Assembly: GCA_030390025.1 (NCBI GenBank)
Contig: CM059432.1
Span: 13,890,001-13,954,000, forward strand
Length of the DNA stretch: 64,000 nucleotides
Reading direction: 5' to 3'
Source: Squalus acanthias
Taxonomy: Eukaryota
The translations under genes and the position numbers were made by a program. Below are positions 13,267 to 25,564 of this stretch, one piece after another. How positions within the stretch are numbered: position 1 is the stretch's first letter; every line of letters begins with the position of its first letter. The notes under the pieces were generated by a model, which was not told where the DNA came from, ran no database searches, and worked only from the letters and a program-made list of their open reading frames with translations.

Positions 13267-13970
13267 TCAAGTTTGCATCCAGGTCCAATCACATCAAAAG
13301 CCAGGCAGGTCCTCTCTCAGCAACAGCCAGACAGTCTCTGAGACCCTGCAGACAGTCTCTCACCTGCAATGCTGCAGGAATGATGACATGATCAGAGGCG
13401 ACTTTCAGACTGAAACCACTAATTGGTTCATGGGTTCCCACATGCTGGAACTCAATTGCCCAATTAAGTGAAAATTGCATCATTCATCCACATTAATCTG
13501 GAGTCGGGGGGGGGGGAACACGAAATGCGGATGACACGACCCCAACCCGACCCCAAGACAAAATCCAGCCCAATGGCTTCGATCTCCCAATATTTAATTG
13601 ACTGACGCTGTGTTTTCAGATGATGTCGTCGAGGGGCAGCACGTAGATGAGAAATAGGAGGGGGGCCAAGGATAGATCCTTGGGGGACCCCAGAGGTAAC
13701 GATGCGGGAGTGGGAAGAGAAGCCGTTGCAGGCGATTCTCCGGCTACGGTTAGATAGATAAGAATGGAACCAGGCGAATGCAGTCCCACCCAGCTGGATG
13801 ATGGTGGAGAGGCTTTGGAGGAGGATGGAGTGGTCAACCGTGTCAAAGGCTGCAGCCAGGTCGAGAAGGATGAGGAGGGATAGTTTACCTTTGTCACAAT
13901 CACAAAGGATGTCATTTGTGACTTTGATGAGAGCCGTTTCGGTACTGTGGCAAGGGCGGAAACCTGATTT
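11962..13970 (-). mobile_element. L2-type LINE 3' portion, split by a MITE
   Basis: Tail caacaacttgtatttatatagcgcc. RT fragment 13616-13915 (GVPQGS-like, frameshifted). Sequence is continuous across 12796-13571 (acaat|ggcttc). Confidence 0.75.
12796..13571. mobile_element. Non-autonomous PIF/Harbinger-like MITE
   Basis: TIRs GGGCTGGATTTT / AAAATCCAGCCC with 3-bp flanks agt / aat. Confidence 0.8.
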
Positions 13971-14312
13971 GTATGAAATTTCTTTGTAATTTAAACAAAT
14001 AACAAGTGATACTTCAGTATTCTGCCCGTGGCACCACTCACAATGAGTGCTGGCTGGCAGGCTATTTACTGAGGGTTTAAAATAAATGGGTTCACCCTTG
14101 TTAAAATGTTAATACGACCTTGTGAACACGTTCATTAGTAATATCAAAGAGCATGATTTCAACCCATTGGTCAAGTACTGAAACGTCGGAGTTTTCATAA
14201 AATGAAGTTTAAATACTAATAAAAGAAAGTAATGAGACATTTTAAGTGAAGAAGCACTTTGTTTTCAAGGAGAAAATCTTTCCATTTAGTGTCTCAGATT
14301 AGGAAGCAGTCT

Positions 14313-14346
14313 CTAGTGCCCCCTCTTGGCAAAATTGGAAATGCAG
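14313..14346 (-). promoter_or_regulatory. Bipartite CTCF-like binding motif (core plus upstream motif)
   Basis: The minus strand reads CTGCATTTCC-AATTTT-GCCAAGAGGGGGCACTAG, in unique AT-rich sequence. Confidence 0.6.
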
Positions 14347-15604
14347 ATTAAATAACAAGTCCAAATAAAATAAATAATCAGAGGAGCTGTAATGCTATAG
14401 TATTGCATTTTTATAATAATAGACGTTGTTACTATAAGCAATGTTGCTTATAGTCTATGTTTCTCCCAACCCCCTCTTTCATGGATAAAGTGACAATGGC
14501 AACTTTTGTGCTCCAGTACTTTGCCAATGCTACCATAATTCATAATTCAAGGCTGTGAGCGATAGATTTTTGGACTCTAGGGGAATCAACGGATATGGGG
14601 ACAGGGCGAGAAAGTGGAGTTGAGGTCAAAGGATCTTATTGAATGGCTTGAGGGGCCGTATGGCCTACTCCTGTTCCTAATTCTTATATTCTTAAATGTG
14701 AGCCTATACAGTGAGTGTCAGGAAGTTATTTAACCGTAGGGGCATCAGAGTTGAGCCCAATCCTGCCCCCCCCCCCCAAATTCTGCACACGTGTACTTAC
14801 CAGACGTGGTCACTGGTCAGCAATCAGGAGCGGGAAGCTTGTCTGATTTCTACCCTTCCTCCCTCCCCAGAAGTGCTGATCTTAATCGTGAGCCCCTACT
14901 GTTAGGCCAACTGAGATCAGTCAACTCAGTACAAAAGAAACCAGAGATTCAAACTGGGGTTTTCCTGATCTGTTCCACAATGGGCAGTGCATATACCAAC
15001 TGAGCCATTGTGGGGGTTCATAATATTGCATTTTCAATTTGGAAACTCACTGTTGCTTGCCTTTTTGAAGTGTTGTTCAGAGAGCATGTACATTTCTGGC
15101 CCTTGTTTCCTACTTCCATTTGCACGCTACTAAATCGTACAGGAACAGACACAATAGGATCATTATCCCATCCGCAACTGTAACTGGCCTTGAAAGCACA
15201 GATGTCAGTGAGACTGTCCTAACTGAGGACTTGCTACAATAATATTTAAAAATTGCATTTAAGTATTATTAACAAAATATTTTTGAGGAGCAATGAGCAC
15301 GAGTAATAATTTTCAAGCGCATATTTATGTGATACTGCTCTTATAAATAGATTAAATAGAATGTCCTTGACATTCCTGATTTGTTTTCAGAACAATTAAG
15401 GAATGTTTTCTTCTTAAATTCGGCAAAGCAGCTCTCCCAATTCCTCAGTGGTTACATGCAGCACTTGCGTGCTGCGAAGTTATACACGCCAACAAGATCC
15501 CAGGTTTGCCCCCAGATCTGCGCTGTATTAACTGATCAGTTGAGAGAGCGGTGCAGGTGCAACAATTAAGCTCAAAATTCCTGGATTAGGGCGTGAAAAT
15601 ACAA

Positions 15605-16250
15605 AAGAAAAGAAAGGAAGACTTGCATTTCTATAGCGCCTTTCACGACCACCGGACGCCCCACAGCGCATGAAGCACTTTTTGAAGTGGAGTCACTGTT
15701 CTAATCTAGGAAATGCGGCAGCCAAAGTTGCGCACAGCAAGCTCCCACAAACAGCAATGTGATAATGACCAGATAATCTGTTTTAGTGATGTTGGTTGAG
15801 GGATAAATATTGGCCCCAGGACACCAGGGATAACTCCCCCGCTCTTCTTCGAAATAGTGCCGCGGGATCTTTTACATCCACCTGAGAGAGCAGACGGGTC
15901 CTCGGTTTAACGTCTCATCCGAAAGACGGCACCTCCGACAGTGCAGCACTCCCTCAGCACTGCACTGGAGTGTTAGCCCTAGATATTTGTGCTCAAGTCT
16001 CTGGAGTGGGGCTTGAACCCACAAACCTTCTGACTCAGAGGCGAGTGTGCTACCCACTGAGCCACATTAAACAGATTATCTGGTCATTATCACATTGCTG
16101 TTCGTGGGAGCTTGCTGTGCGCAGTTGGCTGCCGCATTTCCTAGATTACAACAGTGACTACACTTCAAAAAAAGTACTCATTTGGCTGTAAATCGCTTGG
16201 GACGTCTTGAGGTCGTGAAAGGCGCTACATAAATGCAAGTCTGTCTTTCT
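15605..16250. mobile_element. Full Deu-SINE (minus, about 15605-16063) abutting an inverted Deu-SINE 3' half (plus, about 16064-16250)
   Basis: The first copy is the reverse complement of the SINE including its head (tggctcagtgggtagcac). The second starts acagattatctggtcattatcacattgctg. Confidence 0.85.
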
Positions 16251-16399
16251 TTGTTGCAGGTTGAACATCTATAATGTAATTTCCTTTCCCTTAAGGTGGA
16301 CTCATCCTTTTTTTTTCCAAATCATTTGTTGCAAGCAATTGCAGCGATTGTTTCCGCTAATTTTAGTGCTTCTTTACTGTGCTTCCCAAACAGCACTTA

Positions 16400-17103
16400 C
16401 TCGACTTCTTAAAGCTGTCGCTCATCTCCTATCTGTGCACGTTTTGTCAAGAGAGCTGTCGTTCCTTTATAGGAGCCTCCCTCCATCTGAAGATTCCGGA
16501 TCGGAGGGGCCGTGCAGAACAAGAGCATCTGCACATCAGGCGATTGAGTGCGAATCACCCGCGTGTACAGCTCAGGGGGCACTCCTACTTGGATAGGGCC
16601 GAAGAAATCTGTCGGGGAGAGATTACCATTCCCCCAAAGATATACAAACACTGCAGGAACAGACCGAACATGCTCCTGTTCTTGTTTCCTGGGTACTGCA
16701 ACGGGATTGATTCAATAGCAGAAGGAGGTGGGACTTTCCAAGCTGGCGATTGGACAGCCCGACCTTTAGACCCACATCACCAGCCTGAGAGGGCAAGTGG
16801 GAGCACTGTCAGTGTAATAGGGGGGGGAGACCTCATGTACTTGGTTAGCATTTAGCAATATTAATGCATTGAATGAAAATGTATCCGTTGATCTATGATT
16901 CGTGCATGTGTGATATATTATCATCATTGCCCAGGTTCTGTTGCATGTAAACCAGTTATTGTGTGCCAAGTGTTGCAGTGGGCTGGCCTGTGCCAGGTAC
17001 CTGGGGCGGGGCCTGAGGGAGGTCTCTGACATTGTTCGGATCGACTGCCACTTGTGCTCAGTGCAGTCTTGGGCTGGAGCGGTTCCCCTTTCCGGAGATA
17101 ACC
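16400..17103 (+). promoter_or_regulatory. Probable ACSS2 promoter / 5' UTR region
   Basis: Non-repetitive and CpG-retaining, directly upstream of exon 1. GC box ggggcggggc at 17003-17012 and a reverse CCAAT (gattgg) near 16748. Confidence 0.55.
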
Positions 17104-17233
17104 ATGACGTCCGAAAGAGTTTCTGTGCAAAAGTTGGTCTACCACCCCGACCCATTTCTCCAACCAGACGCGCACGTAGCAGATTTGGAAACCTACAGAA
17201 AGCTACATAAGAAATCTGTTGAAAACCCCGAAG
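17104..17233 (+). CDS. ACSS2: Acetyl-CoA synthetase (ACSS2 or ACSS2-like paralog), coding exon 1
   Basis: accATG start. Translates MTSERVSVQKLVYHPDPFLQPDAHVADLETYRKLHKKSVENPE, resembling the ACSS2 N-terminal AHV..L..Y..LH..SVE.P motif. Donor AAG|gtatga, phase 1, joins exon 2 in frame. Confidence 0.88.
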
Positions 17234-17462
17234 GTATGATATTTTTTTTTAACAAATCGCTGCCGACGACATCCAATTTGGCATAAATATTTATCTATAG
17301 ATTTCGTCTCTATAACTAGTTACAGCCGTCTTAACATTGAGGTGTTTGCCAACATCAGCTTTATGTTTTTGATCTGTTTGTGGTGATGATTGAATAAACA
17401 AACTTGGTTCACACTCCAGTTAAAGCCTGAGTATGTACAGAAGTGTGTTTCTTTTATACATA

Positions 17463-17958
17463 AAATCATAGAAATTTACAGCACAGAAGGAGACCATTCG
17501 GCCCATCGTGTTTGTACCAGCCGAAAAAGAGCTATCCAGCCTAATCCCACTTTCCAGCTCTTGGTCCGTAGCCCTAGGTTACCGCACTCCAAGTGCATAT
17601 CCAAGTACTTTTGAAATGTGATGAGGGTTTCTGCCTCTACCACCCTTTCAGGCAGTGAGTTCCAGACCCCCACCACCCTCTGGGTGGAAAAGCCCTCCTC
17701 AACTCCCCTCTAATCCTTCTACCAATTACTTTAAATCTGTGCCCCCAGTTATTGACCTCTCTGCTGAGGGAAATAGGTCCTTCCTATCCACTCTATCTAG
17801 GCCCCTTCATAAGTTTATACACTTCAATTAAGTCTCCCTTCAGCCTCCTTTGTTCCAAAGAAAACAACTCCAGCCTATCCAATCTTTCCTCATAGCTAAA
17901 ATTCTCCAGTCCTGGCAACGTCCTCGTAAATCTCCTCTGTACCCTCTCTAGTGCAATC
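17463..17958 (-). mobile_element. CR1 3' fragment
   Basis: ORF 17793-18056 contains ALERVQRRFTR...RLKGDLIEVYK. Confidence 0.88.
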
Positions 17959-18282
17959 AATATTGTACAACAGTATTTTTTGCTAGCGGTCCACATATTG
18001 CGCAAAGCAGGTTTCCCAATATCTGGAAGGCTTTTCACAACTGTAGTATTTGGCACCTGTCTGATGTTTCATGCAATAAAGAGAAAATTGAGGATGGATT
18101 TACCAGCAATTAGAATTGTTTAATAATGTCGTAAACTATGATGGCGAAGTTTGGTTCAAAATTGCCATTTAACCTCAGGAATGACATTTCTGATTGGAAG
18201 TCACCCTATGTATCACGGTGAAGGCCATTCAGACCATATTTATTCATCCATTCAGAATGACCTTAAATTCCCTTCCCCCTTT

Positions 18283-20865
18283 TTTTATTTGTTCATGGGA
18301 TGTGGGCGTCGCTGGCAAGGCCAGAATTTATTGCTCATCCCTAATTGCCCTTGAGAAGGTGGTGGTGAGCTGCCTTCTTGAACCGCTGCAGTCCGTGTGG
18401 TGAAGCTACTCCCACAGTGCTGTTAGGGAGGGAGTTCCAGGATTTTGACCCAGCGACGATGAAGGAACAGCGATACATTTCCAAGTCAGGATGGTGAGTG
18501 ACTTGGAGGGGAACTTGCAGGTGGTGGTGTTCCCATGTGCTTGCTGCCCTTGTCCTTCTAGGTGGTAGAGGTCGCGGGTTTGGGAGGTGCTGTTGAAGAA
18601 GCCTTGGCGAGTTGCTGCAGTGCATCTTGTAGATGGTACACACTGGTGGAGGGAGTGAATGTTTCAGGTGGTGGATGGGGTGTCAATCAAGCGGTCTGCT
18701 TTGTCCTGGATGGTGTTGAGCTTCTTGAGTGTTGTTGGAGCTGCACTCATCCAGGCAAGTGGAGAGTATTCCATCACACTTCTGACTTGTGCCTTGTAGA
18801 TAGTGGAAAGTCTTTGGGGAGTCAGGAAGTGAGACACTCGCTGCAGAATACCCAGCCTCTGGCCTGCTCTTGTTGCCAAAGTATTTATGTGGTTGGTCCA
18901 GTTAAGTTTCTGGTCAATGGTGACCCCCCCAGGATGTTGATGCTGGGGGATTCAGCGATGGTAATCCTGTTGAATGTCAAGGGGAGGTAGACTCTTGTTG
19001 GAGATGGTCATTATCTGGCACTTACCACTTATCAGCCCAAGCCTGAATGTTGTCCAGGTCTTCTTGCATTCGGGCATGGATTGCTTCTTTCTCTGAGGAA
19101 TTGCGAATGGAACTGAACATTGTGCAATCATCAGCGAACACCCCCACTTCTGACCTTATGATGGAGGGAAGGTCATTGATGAAGCAGCTGAAGATGGTTG
19201 GGCCTAGGACACTGCCCTGAGGAACTCCTGCAGTGATGTCCTGGGATGAGATGATTGGTCTCCAACAATAATTGACCTCCAACAACCATAACCATCTTCC
19301 TTTGTGCTAGGTATGACTCCAGCCAGTGGCGAATTTGCCCCCTGATTCCCACTGACTTCAATTTAACAAGGCCTCCTTGATGCCACATTTGGTCAAATGC
19401 TGCCTTGATGTCCAGGGCAGTCACTCTTACCTCACCACTAGAATTCAACTCTTTTGTCCATGTTTGGACCAAGGCTGTAATGAAGTCTGGAGCCAAGTGA
19501 TCCTGATGGAAATCAAACTGGGCAATGATTCGCAGGCTATTGGTGAGTAAGTAGTGCTTGATAGCACTGTCAATGACACCTTCCATCACTTTGCTGATGA
19601 TTGAGAGTAGACTGATGGGGCGGTAATTGCTGGACTGGATTTGTCCTGCTTTTTGTGGACAGGACATACCTGGGCAATTTTCCACATTGTTGGGTAGATG
19701 CCAGTGTTGTAGCTGTACAGGGACAGCTTGGCTAGAGGCATGGCTAGTTCTGGAGCACAAGTCTTCAGCACGACAGCTGGGATGTTGTCAGGGCCCATAG
19801 CCTTTGCTGTATCTAGTGCGCTCAGCTGTTTCTTGATATCACATGGAGTGAATCGAATTGGCTGAAGATTGGCTTCTGTGATGGTGGGGACCTCAGGAGG
19901 ACGCTGAGATGGATCATCCACTTGGCACTTCTGGCTGGAGATGGTTGCAAATACCTCAGTCTTGTCTTTTGCACCCACATGCTGGGCTCTGCCATAATTG
20001 AGGATGGGAATGTTCATTGTCCACCACCATTTACGACTGGATGTGGCAGAACAACAGAGCTTTTATCCGATCCGTTGGTTGTGGAATCATTTAGCTCTGT
20101 CTATAGCATGCTGCTTCTGATGTTTAGCATGCATCTAGTCCTGTATTGAAGCTTCACCAGGTTGGCACCTCATTTTTAGGTACGCCTGGTGTTGCTCTTG
20201 GCATGCTCTTCTACACTCCTCATTGAACCAGGGTTGGTCACCTGGCTTGATGGTAATGGTAGATTGAGGAATATGCCAGGCCATGAAGTTGCAGATTGTG
20301 GTGCAATACAATTCTGCTGCTGCTGATGGCCCACAGCGCCTCATGGGTGCCCAGTTTTGAGCTACTAGGTCTGTTCGGAATCTATCCCATTTAGCACGGT
20401 GGTAGTGCCACACAACACGATGGAGGGTGTCCTCAGTGTGAAGACAGGTCTTTGTCTCCACAAGGATTGTGTGGTGCTCACTCCTACCAGTACTGTCATG
20501 GACAGATGCATGTGCGACAGGTAGACAAAGTCAAGTAGGTTTTTCCCTCATGTTGGTTCCCTCAGGATCTGCCGCAGGCCCAGTCTGGCAGCTATGTTCT
20601 TCAGGACTCGGCCAGCTCGGTCAGTAGTGGTGCTACCAAGCCAGTCTTGGTGGTGGACATTGTAGTCCCCCACCGAGAGTATGTTCTGTGCCCTTGCTAC
20701 CCTCAGTGCTTCTTCCAAGTGATGTTCAACGTGGAGGAGTATTGATTCATCAGCTGAAGGAGGGCAGTAGGTGATAATCAGCAGGAGGTTTCCTTGCCCA
20801 TTTTTGACCTGATGCCATGAGACTTCATGGGATCCGGAGTCAATGTTAAGGACTCCCAAGGCCAC
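18283..20865 (-). mobile_element. LINE family 2 (APE endonuclease + RT, C-terminus KKAAHHHLLKGN), decayed
   Basis: Minus-strand ORF pieces: 20548-20865 (EN, GD.N.HH..W), 19173-19760 (NYRPISLLS, LDIKAAFD), 19022-19285 (GVPQGS, FADD), 18341-18643. Confidence 0.92.
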
Positions 20866-20984
20866 TCGTTGCAGCAGCCAGTCGTTTCTTAATTATTCCA
20901 GATTGCTTTGTCTATACTACTCCATCTGGGTGTCTAATCCAAGTATTGATCACTCTTTGTATGAAGTAGAATTGGTGCCAAATT

Positions 20985-21540
20985 GGTGTCAGCCTTGGCT
21001 CAGTGGTAGCCCTCTCACTTCTGAGTCAACAAATTGTGGGTCCAAGCCCTACTCCAGATTTGAGCATATAATCCAGGCTGACACTTAAGTGGAGCGCTGC
21101 ACTGTTGGAGATGCCATCTTTCCGAGCTCTGGAATTTCCTCCCTAAACCTCTCCGCCTCTCCACTTCTCGCTCCTCCTTTAAGACGCGCCTTAAAATCTA
21201 CCTCTTTGACCAAGCTTTTGGTCATCTGCCCTAACATCTCCTTATATGGCTCAGTGTCAAATTTTTGTTTTTGATAACGCTCCTCTGAAGCGGCTTGGGA
21301 CAGACACTTTACTATGTTAAAGGCACTATATAAATGCAAGTTGTTGTTGTTGTCCTGGCCAATATTTATCCCTCAACCAACATCACTTAAAACGGATTAT
21401 CCGGTCATGTATCTCATTGCTGTTTGTGGGAGCTTGCTGTGCACAAATTGGCTGCTGATTTTCTCTACATGACAGCAGTAACTACATTTCAAAAGTACTT
21501 CATAGGCCATGAAAGGTGTTATATAAATGCAACTTCTTTC
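20985..21540 (+). mobile_element. Deu-SINE interrupted by an L2-type 3' tail (about 21120-21352)
   Basis: SINE head at 20985, L2 tail ending gcaagttgttgttgtt, then SINE body resumes at gtcctggccaatatttatcc. Confidence 0.7.
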
Positions 21541-21974
21541 CTTTAATGTTGTCTTTTATTAGTTTGAACCTATGGCCCCTTGTTCTATTCTTGCAATTTA
21601 TTTTAATGTAATTTTCTGATTTACCTTTTCCATACCACTTACAATTTTATTTACCTCTATAAGATCACCTCTCAGATACCTTGTTTCACCTTGTTTCAAG
21701 GATGAAAAACCCAAGTTTCTCCAGTCTTTTCTCATAACTGAGATCCTTGACACTAGGGAATCTGTCTTAGTTCTTCTCTGCATTGCCTCCAAATCTTGAA
21801 TGCCTCCCTTGTGTTTAATTGATTAGAACCTTACACTGCACTAAAGGTGTGTGCACAGTGCCGTTTGATCAAGAATCCTCTGACTTATACTCTACTATTT
21901 TGACTATGTAGCATAACATTCTGCTGCTCTTCATTGGTTGGACATGTTTAGCGTTGAATCTACTAAGACTCTAG

Positions 21975-23643
21975 GGGGGAGAAATTGAACATCTTTGTGC
22001 CTGCTTTTAAGTGCATTAAATCACCATGGGGGGACTAATTTCAGGTCACGACCCCAATCTCTAATGATTTCTCGGTGTACAGGGCGCCCACCCGAAACAG
22101 GCGCTAGGCGCTCAGCATATTCAATTGAGGGTCCTAATGCAAGTTGTAGGACCCCAATCTTTTTTTATTCGTATAGGCGATGTGGGCGTCACTGGTAAGG
22201 CCAGCATTTATTGCCCATCCCTAATTGCCCTTGAGAAGGTGGTGGTGAGCCGCCTTCTTGAACCGCTGCAGTCCGTGTGGTGAAGGTACTCCCACAGTGC
22301 TGTTAGGTAGGGAGTTCCAGGATTTTGACCCAGCGACAATGAAGGATCGGCGATATACTTCTAAGTCAGGATGGTGTGTGACTTGGAGGGGAACTTGGAG
22401 GTGGTGGTGTTCCCATGCGCCTGCTGCCTTTGTCATTCTAGGTGGAAAAGGATCATGGGTTTGGGAGGTGCTGTCAAAGAAGCCTTGGCGAGTTGCTGCA
22501 GTGCATCTTGTAGATGGTACACACTGCAGCCACGGTACGCCAGTGGTGGAGGGAGTAATTGATTAAGGTGGGCGATGGGGTGCCAATCAAGCGGGCTGCT
22601 TTGTCCTGGATGGTGTCGAGCTTCTTGAGTGTTGTTGGAGCTGCACTCATCCAGGCAAGTGGAGAGTATTCCATCACACTCCTGACTTGTGCCTTGTAGA
22701 TGGTGGAAAGGCTTTGGGAAGTCAGGAGGTGAGACACTCACCGCAGAATATCCAGCCTCTGACCTGCTATGTTGCCACAGTATTTATGTGGCTGGTCCAG
22801 TTAAGTTTCTGGTCAGTGGTGACCCCCAGGATGTTGATGGTGGGGGATTCAGCGATGGTAATACTGTTGAATGTCAAGGGGCGGTGGTTAGGCTCTTGCT
22901 TGTTGGAGATAGTCATAGCCTGGCACTTCTGTGGCGCGAATGTTAACTGCCATTTATCAACCCATGCCTGAACATTGTCCAGGTCTTGTTGCATGCGGGC
23001 ATGGACTGCTTCATTATCTGAGGAGTTGTGAATGGCACTGAACACTGTGCAGTCATCAGCGAACATCCCCATTTCTGACCTTATGTTGGCGGGAAGGTCA
23101 TTGATGAAGCAGCTGAAGATGGTTGGGCCTAGGACACTGCCTTGAGGAACTCCTGCAGCGATGTCCTGGGGCTGTGATGATTGACCTCCAACCACCACAA
23201 CTATCTTCCTTCAATCAAAATTGGTCAGCAAATAGGCGGAGCTTGTGCCACGCTTGTTCTGGCCAGCTGTTGCAGTTCTTCAGCGGTTTAATCAGAGGCC
23301 CTGAAAGGAACCTCTGGAGGCCACCCCAAACAATAGAAATGCGCCTCCTGGCTCCAAAAAATACCGTGGGCTACTCATCCGTACCCATGCCCATCCCCTC
23401 CGCTCTGTCTCCTCCAGGCGCTGCCTGTGGTCAGGCTCGGCGCCAGAGCTGGCGGAATTGGTCAGGCTTCGATCAGCGAGGAGCATAGGGATGCCCAGTT
23501 GGCGTCCGCAGCTCGCCGATTCATTGCAAACAAAGCTCGAGGCCCAATCTTTCTCGGGAACTCAGGCCGAAGTCTTTGGGCGTGCAATGAGAATGTGCCG
23601 CCCATTTTGTGGCGGAAACGGGCACAAGTTGAATTTCTCCCTC
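21975..23643. mobile_element. Harbinger-type MITE in an old CR1, containing a nested LINE family-2 fragment (about 22160-23212, minus)
   Basis: Ends GGGGGAGAAATT / AATTTCTCCCTC with flanks tag / tgg. Removing it restores actctag|gtcttttt. Nested RT ORF at 22767-23198. Confidence 0.72.
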
Positions 23644-24341
23644 TGGGTCTTTTTCAACTTTAATGATTTCAAGATTCATGAATATGTATGTTGCTTGTCT
23701 TTGTTTCCTATGGGCAGTACTTTACACTTGTCTGCATTAAATTCCATTTGCCTTGTTCTGCCTACATATGTCCAACTCATTCTGTAATTTCTGAGCTGCC
23801 TCCTAATGACATTCTGATTGAAGGATGAACGATTGTGATGTAATCGGTACAAATTTATTGATATTTAATTTATAACTAGCAACTACACAGTCATTAGATG
23901 GGGATTAATGGTAGGTTCTCCACGATGGCTCAGTGGGTAAGTACCAGCTCAATGTGGTATTGAGGGATATAGACCCAGAGAGTCACTTTCAATCCCTGAT
24001 CTGACCTGAGTTAGTTGATCTCACCTAGGCCAGCTGTAGGAGTACTTCAGACCCCACTGAGCTTGGTGGAGGGCTGGGCTGCCGAGTGTGCATGTACAGG
24101 CAGTGGATGAGGACAAGTTCAGAATTAGCTGTATTGACCGTCCAAATTTTTGAAGAGTGTGGCAGCTCGCACTGACTATGGTTGCACATTAAGAATGTGT
24201 ACAAGGAGATTGGCCACTTGGCTGAAGTTTCAGGCCAGATTATATGGTCAAGTCTCTGGAGTGGGGATTGAACCGACTACATTCAGAGGTAGGAGAGCTA
24301 CCACTGAGCCACGGCAGACATACATGCCATCGCCATTAGAG

Positions 24342-24905
24342 CAGGTCAGAGGCTCGTTATTCTCACCTCCCGACTCCCCAAAGCCTTTCCACCATCTACA
24401 AGGCACAAGTCAGGAGTGCGATGGAATGCTCTCCACTTGCCTGGATGGGTGCAGCTGCAACAACACTCGAATAGCTCGACACCATCCAGGACATCTACTA
24501 TCCTAAATATCCACCCCTCCATCACCGGCGTACCGTGGCTGCACTGTGTACTATCTACAGATAGCCTGCGGCAACTCGCCAAGTCTTCTTCGGCAGCACC
24601 TCTCAAACCCACGATCTCTACCACCTAGAAGGACAAGGGCAGCAGGCGCATGGGAACACCACCACCTCCAAGTTCCCCTCCAAGTCACACACCATCTTGA
24701 CTTGAAGATATACCATTGTTCCTTCATCGTCGCTGGATCAAAATCCTAGAACTTTCTACCTAACAGCATTGTGGGAGTACCATCACAACACAGATTGCAG
24801 CGGTTCAAGAAAGCAGCTCACCACCACCTGCTCAAGGGCAACTAGGGATGGGCAATAAGTGCTGGCCTTGCCAGTAATGCTCACTTCCTCAGAATTAATT
24901 TAAAA
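24342..24905 (+). mobile_element. LINE family 2, 3' fragment
   Basis: ccatctacaaggcacaagtcagg...ctcaagggcaactagggatgggcaataa tail. Confidence 0.88.
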
Positions 24906-25368
24906 AAGTTGCAATAAATATCATTATATCATAGAGTCATAACGGCACAGAAGGAGACTATTCGGCCCATCGAGTCTGTGCCGGCTCCCTGTAGAGCAAT
25001 CCAGTCAGTCCCATTCCCCCGCTCTATCCCTGTAGCCCTGCAAGTTTATTTCCCTCAAGTGCCTGTCCAGTCTCCCCTTAAAAACATTGAGTGTCTTCCG
25101 TCGGCAGCAAATTCCAGGTCATCACCACTCGCTGTGTAAAAAAGTTTTTCCTCACATCCCCCTGTATCTCTTGCCCAAAACCTTAAATCTGTGTCCCCTA
25201 GTCCTTGTACCATCAACTAGTGACATCATCTCGTCAAGAATAAAAGAATTTTAACCTGTGGTGAATTACTGGGAAATAGCACTGCTTGTATGTTTCAGAC
25301 TTTTTAAAAGTATGTCCTATTATTTAGAGATCTTGTTATTAGTATTATTCTATTTTTTTTCCATACAG

Positions 25369-25564
25369 AATTCTGGAGTGAACTTGCTCAAGAGTTTTAC
25401 TGGAACAGCCCTCCGACAGGAGCAATTCTAGATTACAATTTTGATGTGACGAAGGGGAATGTGTATGTGAAGTTCATGGAAGGAGCCACAACAAACATCT
25501 GCCACAACCTTCTGGATAGAAACATACAAGAAAATGACCAGGGAGAGAAAATAGCCTATTACTG
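25369..25564 (+). CDS. ACSS2: ACSS2-type exon 2 (196 nt)
   Basis: Acceptor ttttttttccatacag. Translates EFWSELAQEFYWNSPPTGAILDYNFDVTKGNVYVKFMEGATTNICHNLLDRNIQENDQGEKIAYYW. Donor TG|gtaatc. Confidence 0.95.

Noticed and set aside
14431..14454. 11-bp perfect inverted repeat actataagcaa-tg-ttgcttatagt
   Set aside because: Short, AT-rich and isolated; no supporting context.
16379..16855. 158-aa ORF upstream of ACSS2
   Set aside because: Non-AUG start and no family resemblance; more likely a chance ORF in GC-richer promoter DNA.
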